Notes: a model not told the origin generated them from the sequence alone. A stretch of DNA of 64,000 nucleotides from Chloroherpetonaceae bacterium (GCA_025056565.1 JANWWA010000006.1:48102-112101); one strand, 5' to 3'; shown: positions 1 through 10,337, numbered from the stretch's first letter. Numbers and translations: made by a program.

Positions 1-124
1 AGTGCAAAAGACGCGCGAACCGATTTCTCTGGCTACAACTCTTCTGCCTTATATCACTACTCTGGTGTATCTTTTGAGCGGCATTTAGCGAAGAAATGCC
101 GAAACGACCAAATTTGCTTGCACT

Positions 125-3100
125 ATGCCTCGCATTATCTTGCTTCTTTTGCTTCTCTCTCTTCTAACTCAATCGCTTTCTGCGCAACCGGTGCCAAAAC
201 CCAAACCGAAAGACGGCTACCAAAAAGAGTGGGAAGCCGTCGAGAAAAAGGAACGCGAGGGCCTGCCGAAATCTGCACTCGAACTCGTAGCGAAAATCTA
301 TCAGAGAGCCAAAGCCGAGCGCAATGCACCTGAACAAGTCAAAGCTTTGATTCATCTTGCCAAATACACAGCACAAGTAGAAGAGGAGGGCTTGGTCAAG
401 GCAATTCTACTCTTTGAAGCGGAAGCAAAAGGTGCACTTTTTCCTGTTCAGCCAGTGCTCTACTCGCTCCTTGCTGATTTCTACTGGCAATACTACCAGC
501 AAAATCGCTACCGCTTTCTTAACCGCACTGCAACGGCACAAATACTTGATAGCGACATTCGCACATGGGATTTGCAGAGACTCCTCGAGCGCGTCATCGC
601 AACGCACGAACTTGCGCTCTCAAACCAAACTGCGCTGCAAAAAACGCCGCTCTCGCTTTACGATTCCATTCTCGACACTGCTAAAGATTCCAAGAAGTAT
701 CGCCCCACGCTCTTTGACTTTCTTGCGCATCAAGCGCTGATGTTCTACAAAAATGAAGAATCGTCGCTACCCAAGCCGACCTACGAATTTGAACTCACGT
801 CGCTCGATGGCTTTAAGCCTGCAAAAGCCTTTGCGCGCCTCCGGTTCGAGACGCAAGATACCTCGTCGCTCAAATATCGCGCGCTGCGGCTCTATCAAGA
901 CCTCATCAAGTTTCACCTTGACGACAAAGAACCCGACGCTCTGATTGACATTGACCTTGCACGCTTAGCATATGTGCGCCAGATTACCTTTCACGAGGAG
1001 AAAGATGCGGCTTTCGAGCAAGCCTTAAAGCAACTTGATGCACAGTATCGCCATCGAGCCGCTTCGACCGATGTGCTTTATGAGCTTGCGAATTACTACT
1101 TCACGCTGGGCGCGGCAAAAGACAAGGAGGGACTAAACGGACGTCAGCGCGCCTTGAAACTCTGCGAGGAAGCGCTTCAGCGCGCGCCCAATTCGCGTGG
1201 GGCGATTAATTGCAGAAGTCTCAAAAGCCAGATTCTCCAGAAGCAATTCCGTCTCACAGGTGAGCAATGCGTTGCGCCAAATCAACCTTTTCGCGCGCTG
1301 GCGCAGTATCAAAACTTTAACAAGGCATACTTCCGAATCGTGCGCCTGCCTGATACAGATGAGTGGCGCTATGCCTATCGCACTGACCGACTATCGCAAG
1401 CCTTACAGCTAAACCCGATTCGTGAGTTTGTGCAAGAATTTCCTTTGCCAAATGATTTGCTGGAACACTCTGCTGAGTTTAAAGTCGATGGCTTACCCAC
1501 AGGGCATTATGCGCTGCTGATGAGCGCCCGCAAAGACTTCAAGCGCGAAGCGAATATTCTTGAATTGCTCGAGTTCTGGTCGACTTCGCTTTCGCTCGTT
1601 ACCATCAGTCAGTCAAGCGATGAAGATGCGACAAAGACTTTCCTTGTGCTTGATGCACAAACAGGCAAGCCGATTGCGGGGGCAACCGCTGAACTTTTCC
1701 GTGAAGAGTATGACTACAAGAGCCAGCGCTACCGCACGGTCAAAATCGGCAAATATATAAGTGACAAGGCGGGCAAATTCACCGTGCGTGAGACGAAATA
1801 TGCGTTCCAAATTGACTTGCGTCATCAAGATGACCGCTTTATTGTGCCTGACCAATTCTATGTTTCGCGTCGTTACGACCAACCTGAACGTGAGCCTTAC
1901 TTCGTTGCGCTTTTCACCGACCGCAGCCTTTATCGTCCCTCGCAAACGATTTACTTCAAAGGGATTCTCTTGCACCACAATTCCAACCGCACAAAGTATG
2001 ATGTCGTGCCGAATGAGCCTGTAAAGGTTACTTTCTACGATGTGAATTATCAAGTCGTCTCTACGCTTTCATTGCGCACAAACGAATACGGCACCTTTCA
2101 CGGCAGTTTCGCCGCGCCAACTGGCGTGCTGACTGGCAGAATGCAGATTGAAGCCAAAAGCAAAGGCACGGGTCGCGCGTTTGTGCAAGTCGAGGAATAC
2201 AAGCGCCCAAAGTTTGAGGTCTCGTTCAAACCGATTCAAGGTGCTTATCGCTTAGGCGAGACGGTGAAAGTTACGGGTGTTGCAAAGTCTTACGCAGGCG
2301 CGGCTGTTACAGACGCAATGGTCAAATTCCGTGTGGTGCGCAATACCGCATTTCCGATGTGGTGGCGTTGGTGGATTCCGCGTCCCACCGTGCCTGACCG
2401 CGAAATTGCGCATGGCACGCTCACAACTGATGCCCATGGCGAATTTGTGCTTGAGTTCCCCGCCTTGCCCGATAGGAGCATTCCAGAAAGCGACGCGCCT
2501 GAATTTACCTACACGGTCTATGCCGATGTAACAGACCTTAGCGGCGAGACGCGCACGGGGCAAACTTCGGTGCAAGTGGGCTACCTTGCACTGCGTGTTT
2601 CGCTCAATCTTCCTGAGATGATTGATAAAACCAAGCCCATCAAAGCGAGCGTGCAGACGGAGAATCTCAGCGGCACGTTTGAACCTGCGCAAGGCACACT
2701 GAAACTTTATAAGATTCCTGAGCCTTCGCGTCCCTTGCGTGAGCGGCTCTGGCAAGCGCCCGACCAATTTACTCTGACAAAAGCCGAATACGGCGCACTT
2801 TTCCCCGACGATTACTACGCTGACGAAGACCGCCTCACCAGCGAAACGGTCGGCACAACACCACGCAGCTTTTCGTTCAATAACCGCGCGGCGGCTGAAC
2901 TGATTGAAATTCCATTTGCCTCAATGGAATCGGGCAGATACCTTGCCGTCGTGGAGACCAAAGACCGCTTCGGCAAGCCCATCAAACTTGAACGGCGACT
3001 TACGCTCTACTCGCCCAGCGACGCAAAGCCTGCTGCCACTCTGCCTTCATTTTTTGTAATTCCCGAAGCAAGAAATTATGAGCCGGGCGAAACTTTCCGA

Positions 3101-6100
3101 TTCATTTGGGGTTCTGCCTATCCTGATGTGGAGGCTTATTACGAAATCGAGCATCAGGGCAAAATCATTCGGTCAGAAATCCTCAAAGTCAGCAACTCGC
3201 AAAAAGTCTATGACATCCCCATCAAGGAAGAGCATCGCGGCAATCTTTCGTTTCGCATCTATTTTGTGCATCGCTATCGCTTCTATCAGGTGCAGCATAC
3301 TATTGTAGTGCCTTGGACGAACAAAGAGTTACGAGTGGAGTGGTCATCGTTCCGCAATAAACTGCTGCCCGGTGCAGAGGAAGAATGGTCACTGAAACTC
3401 TCTGGCTTGAAGGGTGAGAAAGTATCAGCAGAAATGGTCGCGGCGCTCTACGATGCCTCGCTTGATGCATTCTTGCCACATAGTTGGTCGCTTTCGCTCT
3501 ATCCTTATTTTTCTACACAAGGCCATGTAAGCGCAGGCAATGCATTTCGCGCTGTTCAAGCCGAAAGCGCAGAATCAAACTGGAATCGCTACGAACAGCC
3601 TTACTACCAGAATTACGATGCGCTGAAAGATTACGGACTGTTTTTCGCTGTATCCGAGTTCGGCGGTATGGGCTTCGTTGGCACTGGGCGCACTGGTTTG
3701 GGCGATGCCAGAGCTGGCGGTCTTGGCAGTGCGGCACTGCGTGCAACCGCCCGCAATCGGACGCGCAATGGGGTAATGAACGGTGAGGAAAGCACCGAAG
3801 CTCTAATGGCTGCCCCTGCCAAGCAAGCTGCAGCTACAAGTGAAGTTGTAGCGATTGGCACTGAGACAAAATCTGCACCCAGCGCTGCACAAAAGCCTGC
3901 AACGGATTTCCAGAGTGTGAAGGTGAGAAGGAATCTTAGCGAAACTGCATTCTTTTTCCCGACGCTTACGACCAACGAAAACGGTGACATCATCTTTCGC
4001 TTCAAAGTCCCTGAAGCCTTGACCAGATGGAAATTCTTAGGTCTTGCACATACGAAGGATGCACGCATCGGTCAGATTTCGGCTGAGAGCATCACGCAAA
4101 AAGATGTGATGGTGCAGCCCAATCCACCACGCTTCCTGCGCGAAAACGACGAGATTGAATTCCCCGTCAAAATCACCAACCTTTCCGACAAAGACCAGAG
4201 CGGCGTAGCAATGCTCTCACTGCTTGACGCCACCACGATGAAACCGCTTCCCCTAACAGGCTTAGGCGAGAAGCCTTTTAGCGTAAAGGCGGGCAGCAAC
4301 GTGGCACTTTTCTGGCGTGTCAAAATTCCCGAAGGCATCTCGGCAATGATGTATCGGGCCGTTGCCAAAGCGGGCAATTTTTCAGACGGCGAAGAAAACG
4401 TGCTGCCCACGCTCACGGACAAAATGCTCGTTACCGAAACCCTGCCGTTACCTGTGCGCGCCAAGCAAACGCGGTCGTTTGAGCTGACGAAACTTCTCCA
4501 ATCGCAAAGTTCCAACACGCTGCGCCATGAGCGACTTACACTGGAATTTACTTCAAACCCTGCGTGGTATGCCGTGCAAGCCTTGCCGTATCTAATGGAA
4601 TTTCCATATGAGTGTGCTGAGCAACTGTTCTCACGCTACTATGCCAATAGCATCGCGTCGTTTGTGGCAAATTCTTCGCCGAAGATTCGGCAGGTCTTTG
4701 AGCAGTGGAAAAACGCAGAGCCTTCTGCGCTTCTTTCCAACTTGGAGAAAAATGAAGAATTGAAGCAAGCGTTGCTGGAAGAAACGCCATGGGTTTTGGA
4801 CGGCAAGAGCGAATCGGAGCGCAAGCGTCGCATCGCGTTGCTCTTTGAACTTAACTTGCTTGCGCAGCAGCTAAAACAAACGGAGCAGAAACTTGTGGCG
4901 ATGCAACTTCCAAGCGGCGGATTCCCTTGGTTTTCTGGAATGTCTGAAAGCCGCTGGGTTACGCAGCACATCGTTGCGGGCGTTGGGCATTTGGATAAAC
5001 TCGGCATTTACAAGCGTCCCAAAAGTGTGCAACTGATTAGCGCGCTGCCCGCATCGCTGGGCACTGCAATGAATCGTGCCATCGAATATCTGGACGAAGA
5101 AATGACGCGCGAATACGAATGGATTATGAAACATGCGCAGAAGCCCGAAGACGACCACCTCAGTTACCTTGCGATCCATTACCTCTATGCGCGGAGTTAC
5201 TTCCCTGACATTCCCATTGACGGCGGCGAGCGTCAACTCAAAGCGTTAGACTACTGGAAACGCCAAGCCGAAAAATATTGGACAACGCGCCACGTGATGC
5301 TCAAAGGAATGCTTGCGCTGGCGTTTCACCGCTTTGGCGCGCCTGAGGCAAAAGCCCTTTCCAAGAAAATCATGCATTCTATCAAGGAATATGCGCTCAC
5401 GTCCGATGAACTTGGAATGTATTGGAAAGAAAATACGGGCGGTTACTATTGGCACCAAGCCCCGATTGAAACGCAGGCCTTGCTGATAGAGTGCTTTGAC
5501 GAAATTCTGGACGATAGAGCATCGATTGAGGCAATGAAGACATGGCTCTTGAAGCACAAGCAAACCCATAATTGGCGCACCACGAAAGCCACTGCCGAAG
5601 CATGTTATGCTTTGCTTCTGCGCGGCGCGGATTTGCTCGCAAGCGATAAACTTGCGGAAATCACCTTAGGGTCGCTTGCCCTTAACCCAAAAGCGATGCC
5701 TGACGTGAAAATGGAAGCAGGCACGGGTTACTTCAAGACGGCGTGGACAAAAGAGGCGGTGAAACCTGAATACGGCAAGGTTACGGTGAAGAATCCGAAT
5801 GATGTCGTAGCATGGGGCGCGCTCTATTGGCAATACTTTGAGCGAATGGATAACATCACGGCGGCAGAAACACCCCTGAAACTTAGGAAACAACTTTTCA
5901 TTGAACGCTCGACCGACAAAGGCAAAGTGCTCGAGCCTATCACAGAGAAAACACCAATTAAAGTTGGCGACGTGGTGAAAGTTCGCCTCGAACTGCGTGT
6001 GGATAGAGACATGGAGTTTCTTCATCTCAAAGATATGCGGGCTGCTGGCTTTGAGCCACTAAACGTGATTTCAGGCTACAAGTTTCAAGACGGCTTAGGC

Positions 6101-6292
6101 TACTACGAATCCACGCGCGATGTGGCAACGCATTTCTTTATGGATTATGTGCGAAAGGGCGTTTATGTGTTCGAGTATGCGCTACGCGCTACGCATCGTG
6201 GCAAGTTCCAGAACGGCGTTGCGAGCATTCAATCAATGTATGCGCCTGAATTTAGCAGTCACAGCGAAGGCATCATTGTGGAAATCAAGTAG
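125..6292 (+). CDS. alpha-2-macroglobulin family protein (large, secreted, thioester type)
   Basis: 2055-aa ORF. Signal peptide MPRIILLLLLLSLLTQSLSAQ with no lipobox Cys. Thioester motif CAEQ (FPYECAEQLFSRYY) is encoded at 4613-4624. A Gly/Ala-rich bait-like segment is followed by RRNLSETAFFFPTLTTNENGDI, which is typical of Bacteroidota-type A2M homologues. Confidence 0.9.
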   Translation: MPRIILLLLLLSLLTQSLSAQPVPKPKPKDGYQKEWEAVEKKEREGLPKSALELVAKIYQRAKAERNAPEQVKALIHLAKYTAQVEEEGLVKAILLFEAEAKGALFPVQPVLYSLLADFYWQYYQQNRYRFLNRTATAQILDSDIRTWDLQRLLERVIATHELALSNQTALQKTPLSLYDSILDTAKDSKKYRPTLFDFLAHQALMFYKNEESSLPKPTYEFELTSLDGFKPAKAFARLRFETQDTSSLKYRALRLYQDLIKFHLDDKEPDALIDIDLARLAYVRQITFHEEKDAAFEQALKQLDAQYRHRAASTDVLYELANYYFTLGAAKDKEGLNGRQRALKLCEEALQRAPNSRGAINCRSLKSQILQKQFRLTGEQCVAPNQPFRALAQYQNFNKAYFRIVRLPDTDEWRYAYRTDRLSQALQLNPIREFVQEFPLPNDLLEHSAEFKVDGLPTGHYALLMSARKDFKREANILELLEFWSTSLSLVTISQSSDEDATKTFLVLDAQTGKPIAGATAELFREEYDYKSQRYRTVKIGKYISDKAGKFTVRETKYAFQIDLRHQDDRFIVPDQFYVSRRYDQPEREPYFVALFTDRSLYRPSQTIYFKGILLHHNSNRTKYDVVPNEPVKVTFYDVNYQVVSTLSLRTNEYGTFHGSFAAPTGVLTGRMQIEAKSKGTGRAFVQVEEYKRPKFEVSFKPIQGAYRLGETVKVTGVAKSYAGAAVTDAMVKFRVVRNTAFPMWWRWWIPRPTVPDREIAHGTLTTDAHGEFVLEFPALPDRSIPESDAPEFTYTVYADVTDLSGETRTGQTSVQVGYLALRVSLNLPEMIDKTKPIKASVQTENLSGTFEPAQGTLKLYKIPEPSRPLRERLWQAPDQFTLTKAEYGALFPDDYYADEDRLTSETVGTTPRSFSFNNRAAAELIEIPFASMESGRYLAVVETKDRFGKPIKLERRLTLYSPSDAKPAATLPSFFVIPEARNYEPGETFRFIWGSAYPDVEAYYEIEHQGKIIRSEILKVSNSQKVYDIPIKEEHRGNLSFRIYFVHRYRFYQVQHTIVVPWTNKELRVEWSSFRNKLLPGAEEEWSLKLSGLKGEKVSAEMVAALYDASLDAFLPHSWSLSLYPYFSTQGHVSAGNAFRAVQAESAESNWNRYEQPYYQNYDALKDYGLFFAVSEFGGMGFVGTGRTGLGDARAGGLGSAALRATARNRTRNGVMNGEESTEALMAAPAKQAAATSEVVAIGTETKSAPSAAQKPATDFQSVKVRRNLSETAFFFPTLTTNENGDIIFRFKVPEALTRWKFLGLAHTKDARIGQISAESITQKDVMVQPNPPRFLRENDEIEFPVKITNLSDKDQSGVAMLSLLDATTMKPLPLTGLGEKPFSVKAGSNVALFWRVKIPEGISAMMYRAVAKAGNFSDGEENVLPTLTDKMLVTETLPLPVRAKQTRSFELTKLLQSQSSNTLRHERLTLEFTSNPAWYAVQALPYLMEFPYECAEQLFSRYYANSIASFVANSSPKIRQVFEQWKNAEPSALLSNLEKNEELKQALLEETPWVLDGKSESERKRRIALLFELNLLAQQLKQTEQKLVAMQLPSGGFPWFSGMSESRWVTQHIVAGVGHLDKLGIYKRPKSVQLISALPASLGTAMNRAIEYLDEEMTREYEWIMKHAQKPEDDHLSYLAIHYLYARSYFPDIPIDGGERQLKALDYWKRQAEKYWTTRHVMLKGMLALAFHRFGAPEAKALSKKIMHSIKEYALTSDELGMYWKENTGGYYWHQAPIETQALLIECFDEILDDRASIEAMKTWLLKHKQTHNWRTTKATAEACYALLLRGADLLASDKLAEITLGSLALNPKAMPDVKMEAGTGYFKTAWTKEAVKPEYGKVTVKNPNDVVAWGALYWQYFERMDNITAAETPLKLRKQLFIERSTDKGKVLEPITEKTPIKVGDVVKVRLELRVDRDMEFLHLKDMRAAGFEPLNVISGYKFQDGLGYYESTRDVATHFFMDYVRKGVYVFEYALRATHRGKFQNGVASIQSMYAPEFSSHSEGIIVEIK

Positions 6293-6313
6293 GAAAGCCT
6301 GATTGGGCGTGCC

Positions 6314-8176
6314 TCAATCTGGTGCAAAAGTTTCCTCGAAGCGAGCTTTGGCTTGGACTTGACGCTGAGCCGCTTTTTCAAACACATAATTGCCTATCAC
6401 CAAACAGTCCATCTCGGTGCGCATAAAGCAGCGATAAGCATCGTCTGGTGTGCAGATGATTGGCTCACCTCGCACATTAAAGCTTGTGTTGACCACCACT
6501 CCACAGCCCGTCAGGTCTTCAAAGGTTTTCAGCAGTTGCCAGTATCGTGGGTTAGTATCACGATGCACGGTTTGAATGCGTGCGGAAAAATCAATGTGCG
6601 TAATTGCAGGGAGTACAGAGCGTACTGTGTAGAGCTTTTCTTTCAGCGGCAAGTCGTGATAGTTTTCAGGCAAAGTTTTCCGAAGATGCGTGCGCACAGC
6701 TTGCACCAAAAGCATATACGGTGAATCGTGCTGCAGCTCAAAGTAATCGCTGGCACGCTCTGCCCGCACCGATGGTGCAAACGGCCGAAATCCCTCCCGA
6801 TACTTAATTTTGAGATTTAGTTTCTTCTGCATGTCAGGGCTGCGTGCATCGGCTAAAATGCTGCGTGCTCCCAAGGCTCTCGGACCAAATTCCATTCGGC
6901 CTTGCACCCAGCCGATAACTTTGCCCTCATCCAGCCACTTTGCCACATCTTGACACAGGGCCTCAAAGTCATCGTAGTAGCGTGCCGATGCCTCGTATTT
7001 GCGTATCATGCGCTCTATGTCCAAGTCAGAAAATTCAGGTCCCAAAAACGCTCCCTTCATTGCATCACGGCTTGCGGGCAACACTCGCGCTTGTTCAAAA
7101 TAAAGGTAGTAGGCGGCAAGGGCTGCACCCAGTGCCCCACCTGCATCGCCTGCTGCTGGCTGAATGAACACATCACGAAACCAGCCCGTGTTTAGCACTT
7201 TTCCATTCGCTACACAGTTGAGAGCCACGCCACCCGCCAAGCATAGATACTCTGCTTTCGTGAGACGCTTTGCTTCGGCTGCCATTTTCAGGACAATCTC
7301 TTCCGTTACACACTGAATTGCCATCGCAAGGTTGCACTGCGCTTGAGTTGGCTCATCTTCGGGCTTGCGTTTGGACACACCGAAGAGCCGCTCCCACTTT
7401 TTCTCATCAATCATCTCAAGCCCTGTGGCATACTTGAAATACTTCTGGTTTAGCCAGATCGAGCCATCGTCATAGATTCTCACCAAATGCGTTTTGATAA
7501 GCTCAATAAACCGCTTGACCTCCGCAGAATTTGGCTGACCATAAGGCGCTAACCCCATTAGCTTATACTCACCCGAATTTACCTTAAAGCCTAAAAAGTA
7601 GGTGAAAGCAGAGTAAAGCAGTCCGAGTGAATGCGGAAAATGCAGTTCCCTTAACACGGTAATCTGACTGCCCTCTCCCAGTGCGATAGAGGCCGTTGCC
7701 CACTCTCCTACGCCGTCAATCGTGAGAATTGCGGCGCGCTCAAATCGTGATGGGTAAAATGCACTTGCTGCATGCGAGAGATGATGCTCTGAAAAAAGGA
7801 GCTTTACACTTTGAGTATCGTCGCCGTTTATTTTCTGCAGCTCTTCTCGCAAAAGTCTTTTGAGAAACAGCTTTTCACGCAGCCACACTGGCATTGCTGC
7901 AATGAAGGAGCGCACTCCCTTAGGGGCAAAGGCGTAGTAGGTTTCAAGCAAGCGTTCAAATTTCAGCAGCGGTTTATCGTAAAAAACAATTGCATCCAGC
8001 TCACTTAGCGTTGTGCCTGCATAGTCTAAGCAGAACCTCACTGCGTTAGCTGGGAACGCCGCATCGTTTTTCTTTCTTGTAAAACGCTCTTCTTGAGCGG
8101 CTGCTACAATCTCACCATCTTTAATCAGTGCTGCCGCCGAGTCGTGATAAAACGCAGAAATTCCGAGTATTTTCAC
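6314..8176 (-). CDS. carbamoyltransferase (NodU/CmcH/TobZ family)
   Basis: 620-aa ORF with a GTG start. The N-terminus MKILGISAFYHDSAAALIKDGEIVAAAQEERFTRKKND and the C-terminal VVNTSFNVRGEPIICTP are characteristic of this family. Confidence 0.9.
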   Translation of the reverse strand: MKILGISAFYHDSAAALIKDGEIVAAAQEERFTRKKNDAAFPANAVRFCLDYAGTTLSELDAIVFYDKPLLKFERLLETYYAFAPKGVRSFIAAMPVWLREKLFLKRLLREELQKINGDDTQSVKLLFSEHHLSHAASAFYPSRFERAAILTIDGVGEWATASIALGEGSQITVLRELHFPHSLGLLYSAFTYFLGFKVNSGEYKLMGLAPYGQPNSAEVKRFIELIKTHLVRIYDDGSIWLNQKYFKYATGLEMIDEKKWERLFGVSKRKPEDEPTQAQCNLAMAIQCVTEEIVLKMAAEAKRLTKAEYLCLAGGVALNCVANGKVLNTGWFRDVFIQPAAGDAGGALGAALAAYYLYFEQARVLPASRDAMKGAFLGPEFSDLDIERMIRKYEASARYYDDFEALCQDVAKWLDEGKVIGWVQGRMEFGPRALGARSILADARSPDMQKKLNLKIKYREGFRPFAPSVRAERASDYFELQHDSPYMLLVQAVRTHLRKTLPENYHDLPLKEKLYTVRSVLPAITHIDFSARIQTVHRDTNPRYWQLLKTFEDLTGCGVVVNTSFNVRGEPIICTPDDAYRCFMRTEMDCLVIGNYVFEKAAQRQVQAKARFEETFAPD

Positions 8177-8243
8177 AGTAAATTCTCAAGCTCTGAAGTT
8201 CTGTAAGTATAAACGGCTTTGCAGAAATTTACCAGTAGGCAGT

Positions 8244-10130
8244 ATGGCAAAATCCAAGGTGCTCTCTGCGAGTTCATCGCTTTCTTCGAAAAGAAAAAGC
8301 TATCCTGTTTGGTTCTACGGCGTGCTATGGCTTCTGCCGATTTTGTTCTTTGCTGCACTCGAAGGTGGCTTGCGGCTCTTCGGCTACGGTGATTCTTATC
8401 CGATTTTCGTGCCCTTTGAGCATAACCCAAGTCAATTGCGGCTAAATCCTCGTATTCCCGAAAAGTATTTTGGCAAGTCAGCTGTTACGCCCTCTACCAT
8501 TCTTGACGTATTCGATAAGGTTAAAGCGCCGAATGCCCTACGTGTGTTTATCTTGGGCGAAAGCAGTGCGGCTGGCTGGCCTTATCCGCCGGCCGTTGCC
8601 TTCTCAAGCACGCTTCGACGCGCTCTGCAGGCACTTTACCCTGAGCGCAAAATTGAAGTGATAAACTTAGGCATTGCCGCTATCTGCACCTACACTCTTA
8701 AAGACTTTCTACCGGCGGTGCTGGAGCACCAACCTGACCTTGTCATCTTCTACAACGGGCACAATGAATATTACGGCGTCTTAGGCGTTGGCTCTTCAAT
8801 GCGTCTTGGCAGTTCTCGCTGGCTGACCAACCTGAGGTTGGCTCTCAGAGACTTGCGGCTCTATCAGCTTCTTCAAAATCTTTTTTCCAGCGCAGCCCGC
8901 GCCCTTTCTTCTCGCTCCAGTGAAGACTCAGGCACTTTGATGGCAAGAGTAATTGGTGAAAGTGCGATTGCCTACAACTCAGATACTTACCGTAAGGGTC
9001 TGGAACAGTTTGAAGCTCATCTGGACGAAATGCTTGGACAACTTGAGAAGGCGGGTGTGCCGACGCTTGTCGGCACACTGGTTTCCAATTACCGTGACCA
9101 GCCGCCCTTTGTGTCGCTTGATGAATCACCGAATGCGCAAATGCTTTTTCAGCAGGCACGTGCTGCACTTCAGGCTGGTGATTCACTTTCCGCAAAATCA
9201 CTTTTTCTCCAAGCAAAGGACTTAGATGCTCTGCGATTTCGTGCTCCTGAGGCGATGAATGAAATTATCCGCAACTTAGCAATCAAGCACCACGCCACGG
9301 TAGCTGAAATTCAGCAAGGTTTTGAGCGTGCCTCACCTTTTGGCATCGTTGGCAATTCTTTAATGTGCGACCACTTGCATCCCACCGTGCACGGTTACCA
9401 ACTAATGGGCAAAATTTTCCTGCAAACAGCCCTTGAGCACCACCTTCTGCCGCCCCACTTCAGACCGCTTCCCCCTGCCGCATTAGATAGCCTTCTTTTT
9501 TCCCCTGTCTTTTCACCGCTTGATGCCACTATCGCTGACCTTAAGCTGCGTTTGCTCAAAGGCTCATATCCGTTTGTCCCGAAAGGTGAACCCAATCGGT
9601 TGCTGCTATCTTTCCGCCCCCAAACCCTTGTCGATACGCTGGCTATGCGTGTTGTGAGTGAAGAGCTGACGATTGAGGAAGCGCACTACGCTGCTGCGGA
9701 CTACTTCCTTGCACAGCGCGATACGCTCTCTGCACAGAGCGAGCTGCAATCTTTTATTTCCAAACTGCCCTTTCTTGAACTGCCCTATCGCAAGGCAGGG
9801 CAACTTTTCATCAAATATCAACTGTTCGACCGTGCCCTGCCCTACCTTCTTGAAGCCTACCGCCTTTCGCCGACGCTCTACAGCACCAAATGGATTGGAC
9901 AAATTTTGCTCTACCAGCACAAAATTCCCGAAGCGATTGCGTATCTGGAGCGCAGTCTTTCATTAGGCGGGCAGAGCGATAGCCAACTTTACTACAACTT
10001 AGCAGGCGCATACTATCAAGCTAATCAACTTGAAAAAGCCCTTCAAGCCTTGCAGCGCTGCTTGGCACTCTCACCTAACTATGCCCCTGCACGCGCATTC
10101 TACGAACAGCTCACGGCTCCCTCTCAGTAG
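8244..10130 (+). CDS. SGNH/GDSL-like hydrolase with C-terminal TPR repeats, membrane anchored
   Basis: 628 aa with an N-terminal TM segment (VWFYGVLWLLPILFFAAL). Block-I-like FILGESSAAGWPYP, GHNEYYG, and block-V-like CDHLHP (DxxH). TPR-like C-terminus (YYNLAGAYYQANQLEKALQALQRCLALSPNYAPA). Confidence 0.6.
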   Translation: MAKSKVLSASSSLSSKRKSYPVWFYGVLWLLPILFFAALEGGLRLFGYGDSYPIFVPFEHNPSQLRLNPRIPEKYFGKSAVTPSTILDVFDKVKAPNALRVFILGESSAAGWPYPPAVAFSSTLRRALQALYPERKIEVINLGIAAICTYTLKDFLPAVLEHQPDLVIFYNGHNEYYGVLGVGSSMRLGSSRWLTNLRLALRDLRLYQLLQNLFSSAARALSSRSSEDSGTLMARVIGESAIAYNSDTYRKGLEQFEAHLDEMLGQLEKAGVPTLVGTLVSNYRDQPPFVSLDESPNAQMLFQQARAALQAGDSLSAKSLFLQAKDLDALRFRAPEAMNEIIRNLAIKHHATVAEIQQGFERASPFGIVGNSLMCDHLHPTVHGYQLMGKIFLQTALEHHLLPPHFRPLPPAALDSLLFSPVFSPLDATIADLKLRLLKGSYPFVPKGEPNRLLLSFRPQTLVDTLAMRVVSEELTIEEAHYAAADYFLAQRDTLSAQSELQSFISKLPFLELPYRKAGQLFIKYQLFDRALPYLLEAYRLSPTLYSTKWIGQILLYQHKIPEAIAYLERSLSLGGQSDSQLYYNLAGAYYQANQLEKALQALQRCLALSPNYAPARAFYEQLTAPSQ

Positions 10131-10179
10131 CACAGGCAGAAAATTTTTTGCAGAAAGCAAAATTCTCGCTATCTTAATT

Positions 10180-10196
10180 CCGATAAAATTTGTCGG
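10180..10196. promoter_or_regulatory. candidate Rrf2/IscR operator, site A (CCGATAAAATTTGTCGG, palindromic CCGA-N9-TCGG)
   Basis: Imperfect palindrome 142 nt upstream of the iscR ATG. It shares 11/15 positions with site B, and its right arm GTCGGATTTTT (10192-10202) is the exact reverse complement of AAAAATCCGAC at 10273-10283. Confidence 0.35.
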
Positions 10197-10277
10197 ATTT
10201 TTCAAACATCAGAGAAACCTTTGTGCCAAGAAAAGCGTTAAAACCAGCGAAAATTTGAGAAGTTTTGTCTCCAAAAA

Positions 10278-10297
10278 TCCGACTAAAATAGTCTTAT
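10278..10297. promoter_or_regulatory. candidate IscR type-1-like operator, site B (core GACTAAAATAGTC at 10281-10293)
   Basis: The core matches the central GACTRwwwYAGTC of the E. coli IscR type-1 consensus as I recall it. It lies about 45 nt upstream of the iscR start, consistent with autoregulation. Confidence 0.45.
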
Positions 10298-10337
10298 TTA
10301 GCTCACTGGAAACTGTGAAAAGGAGAGGGTTACTCGG

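Noticed and set aside
79-101. 8-bp hairpin CGGCATTT-agcgaag-AAATGCCG about 25 nt upstream of the A2M start codon
   Set aside because: It has no T-tract on either strand and is not repeated elsewhere in the window. It cannot be distinguished from a chance stem or a simple 5' UTR structure.
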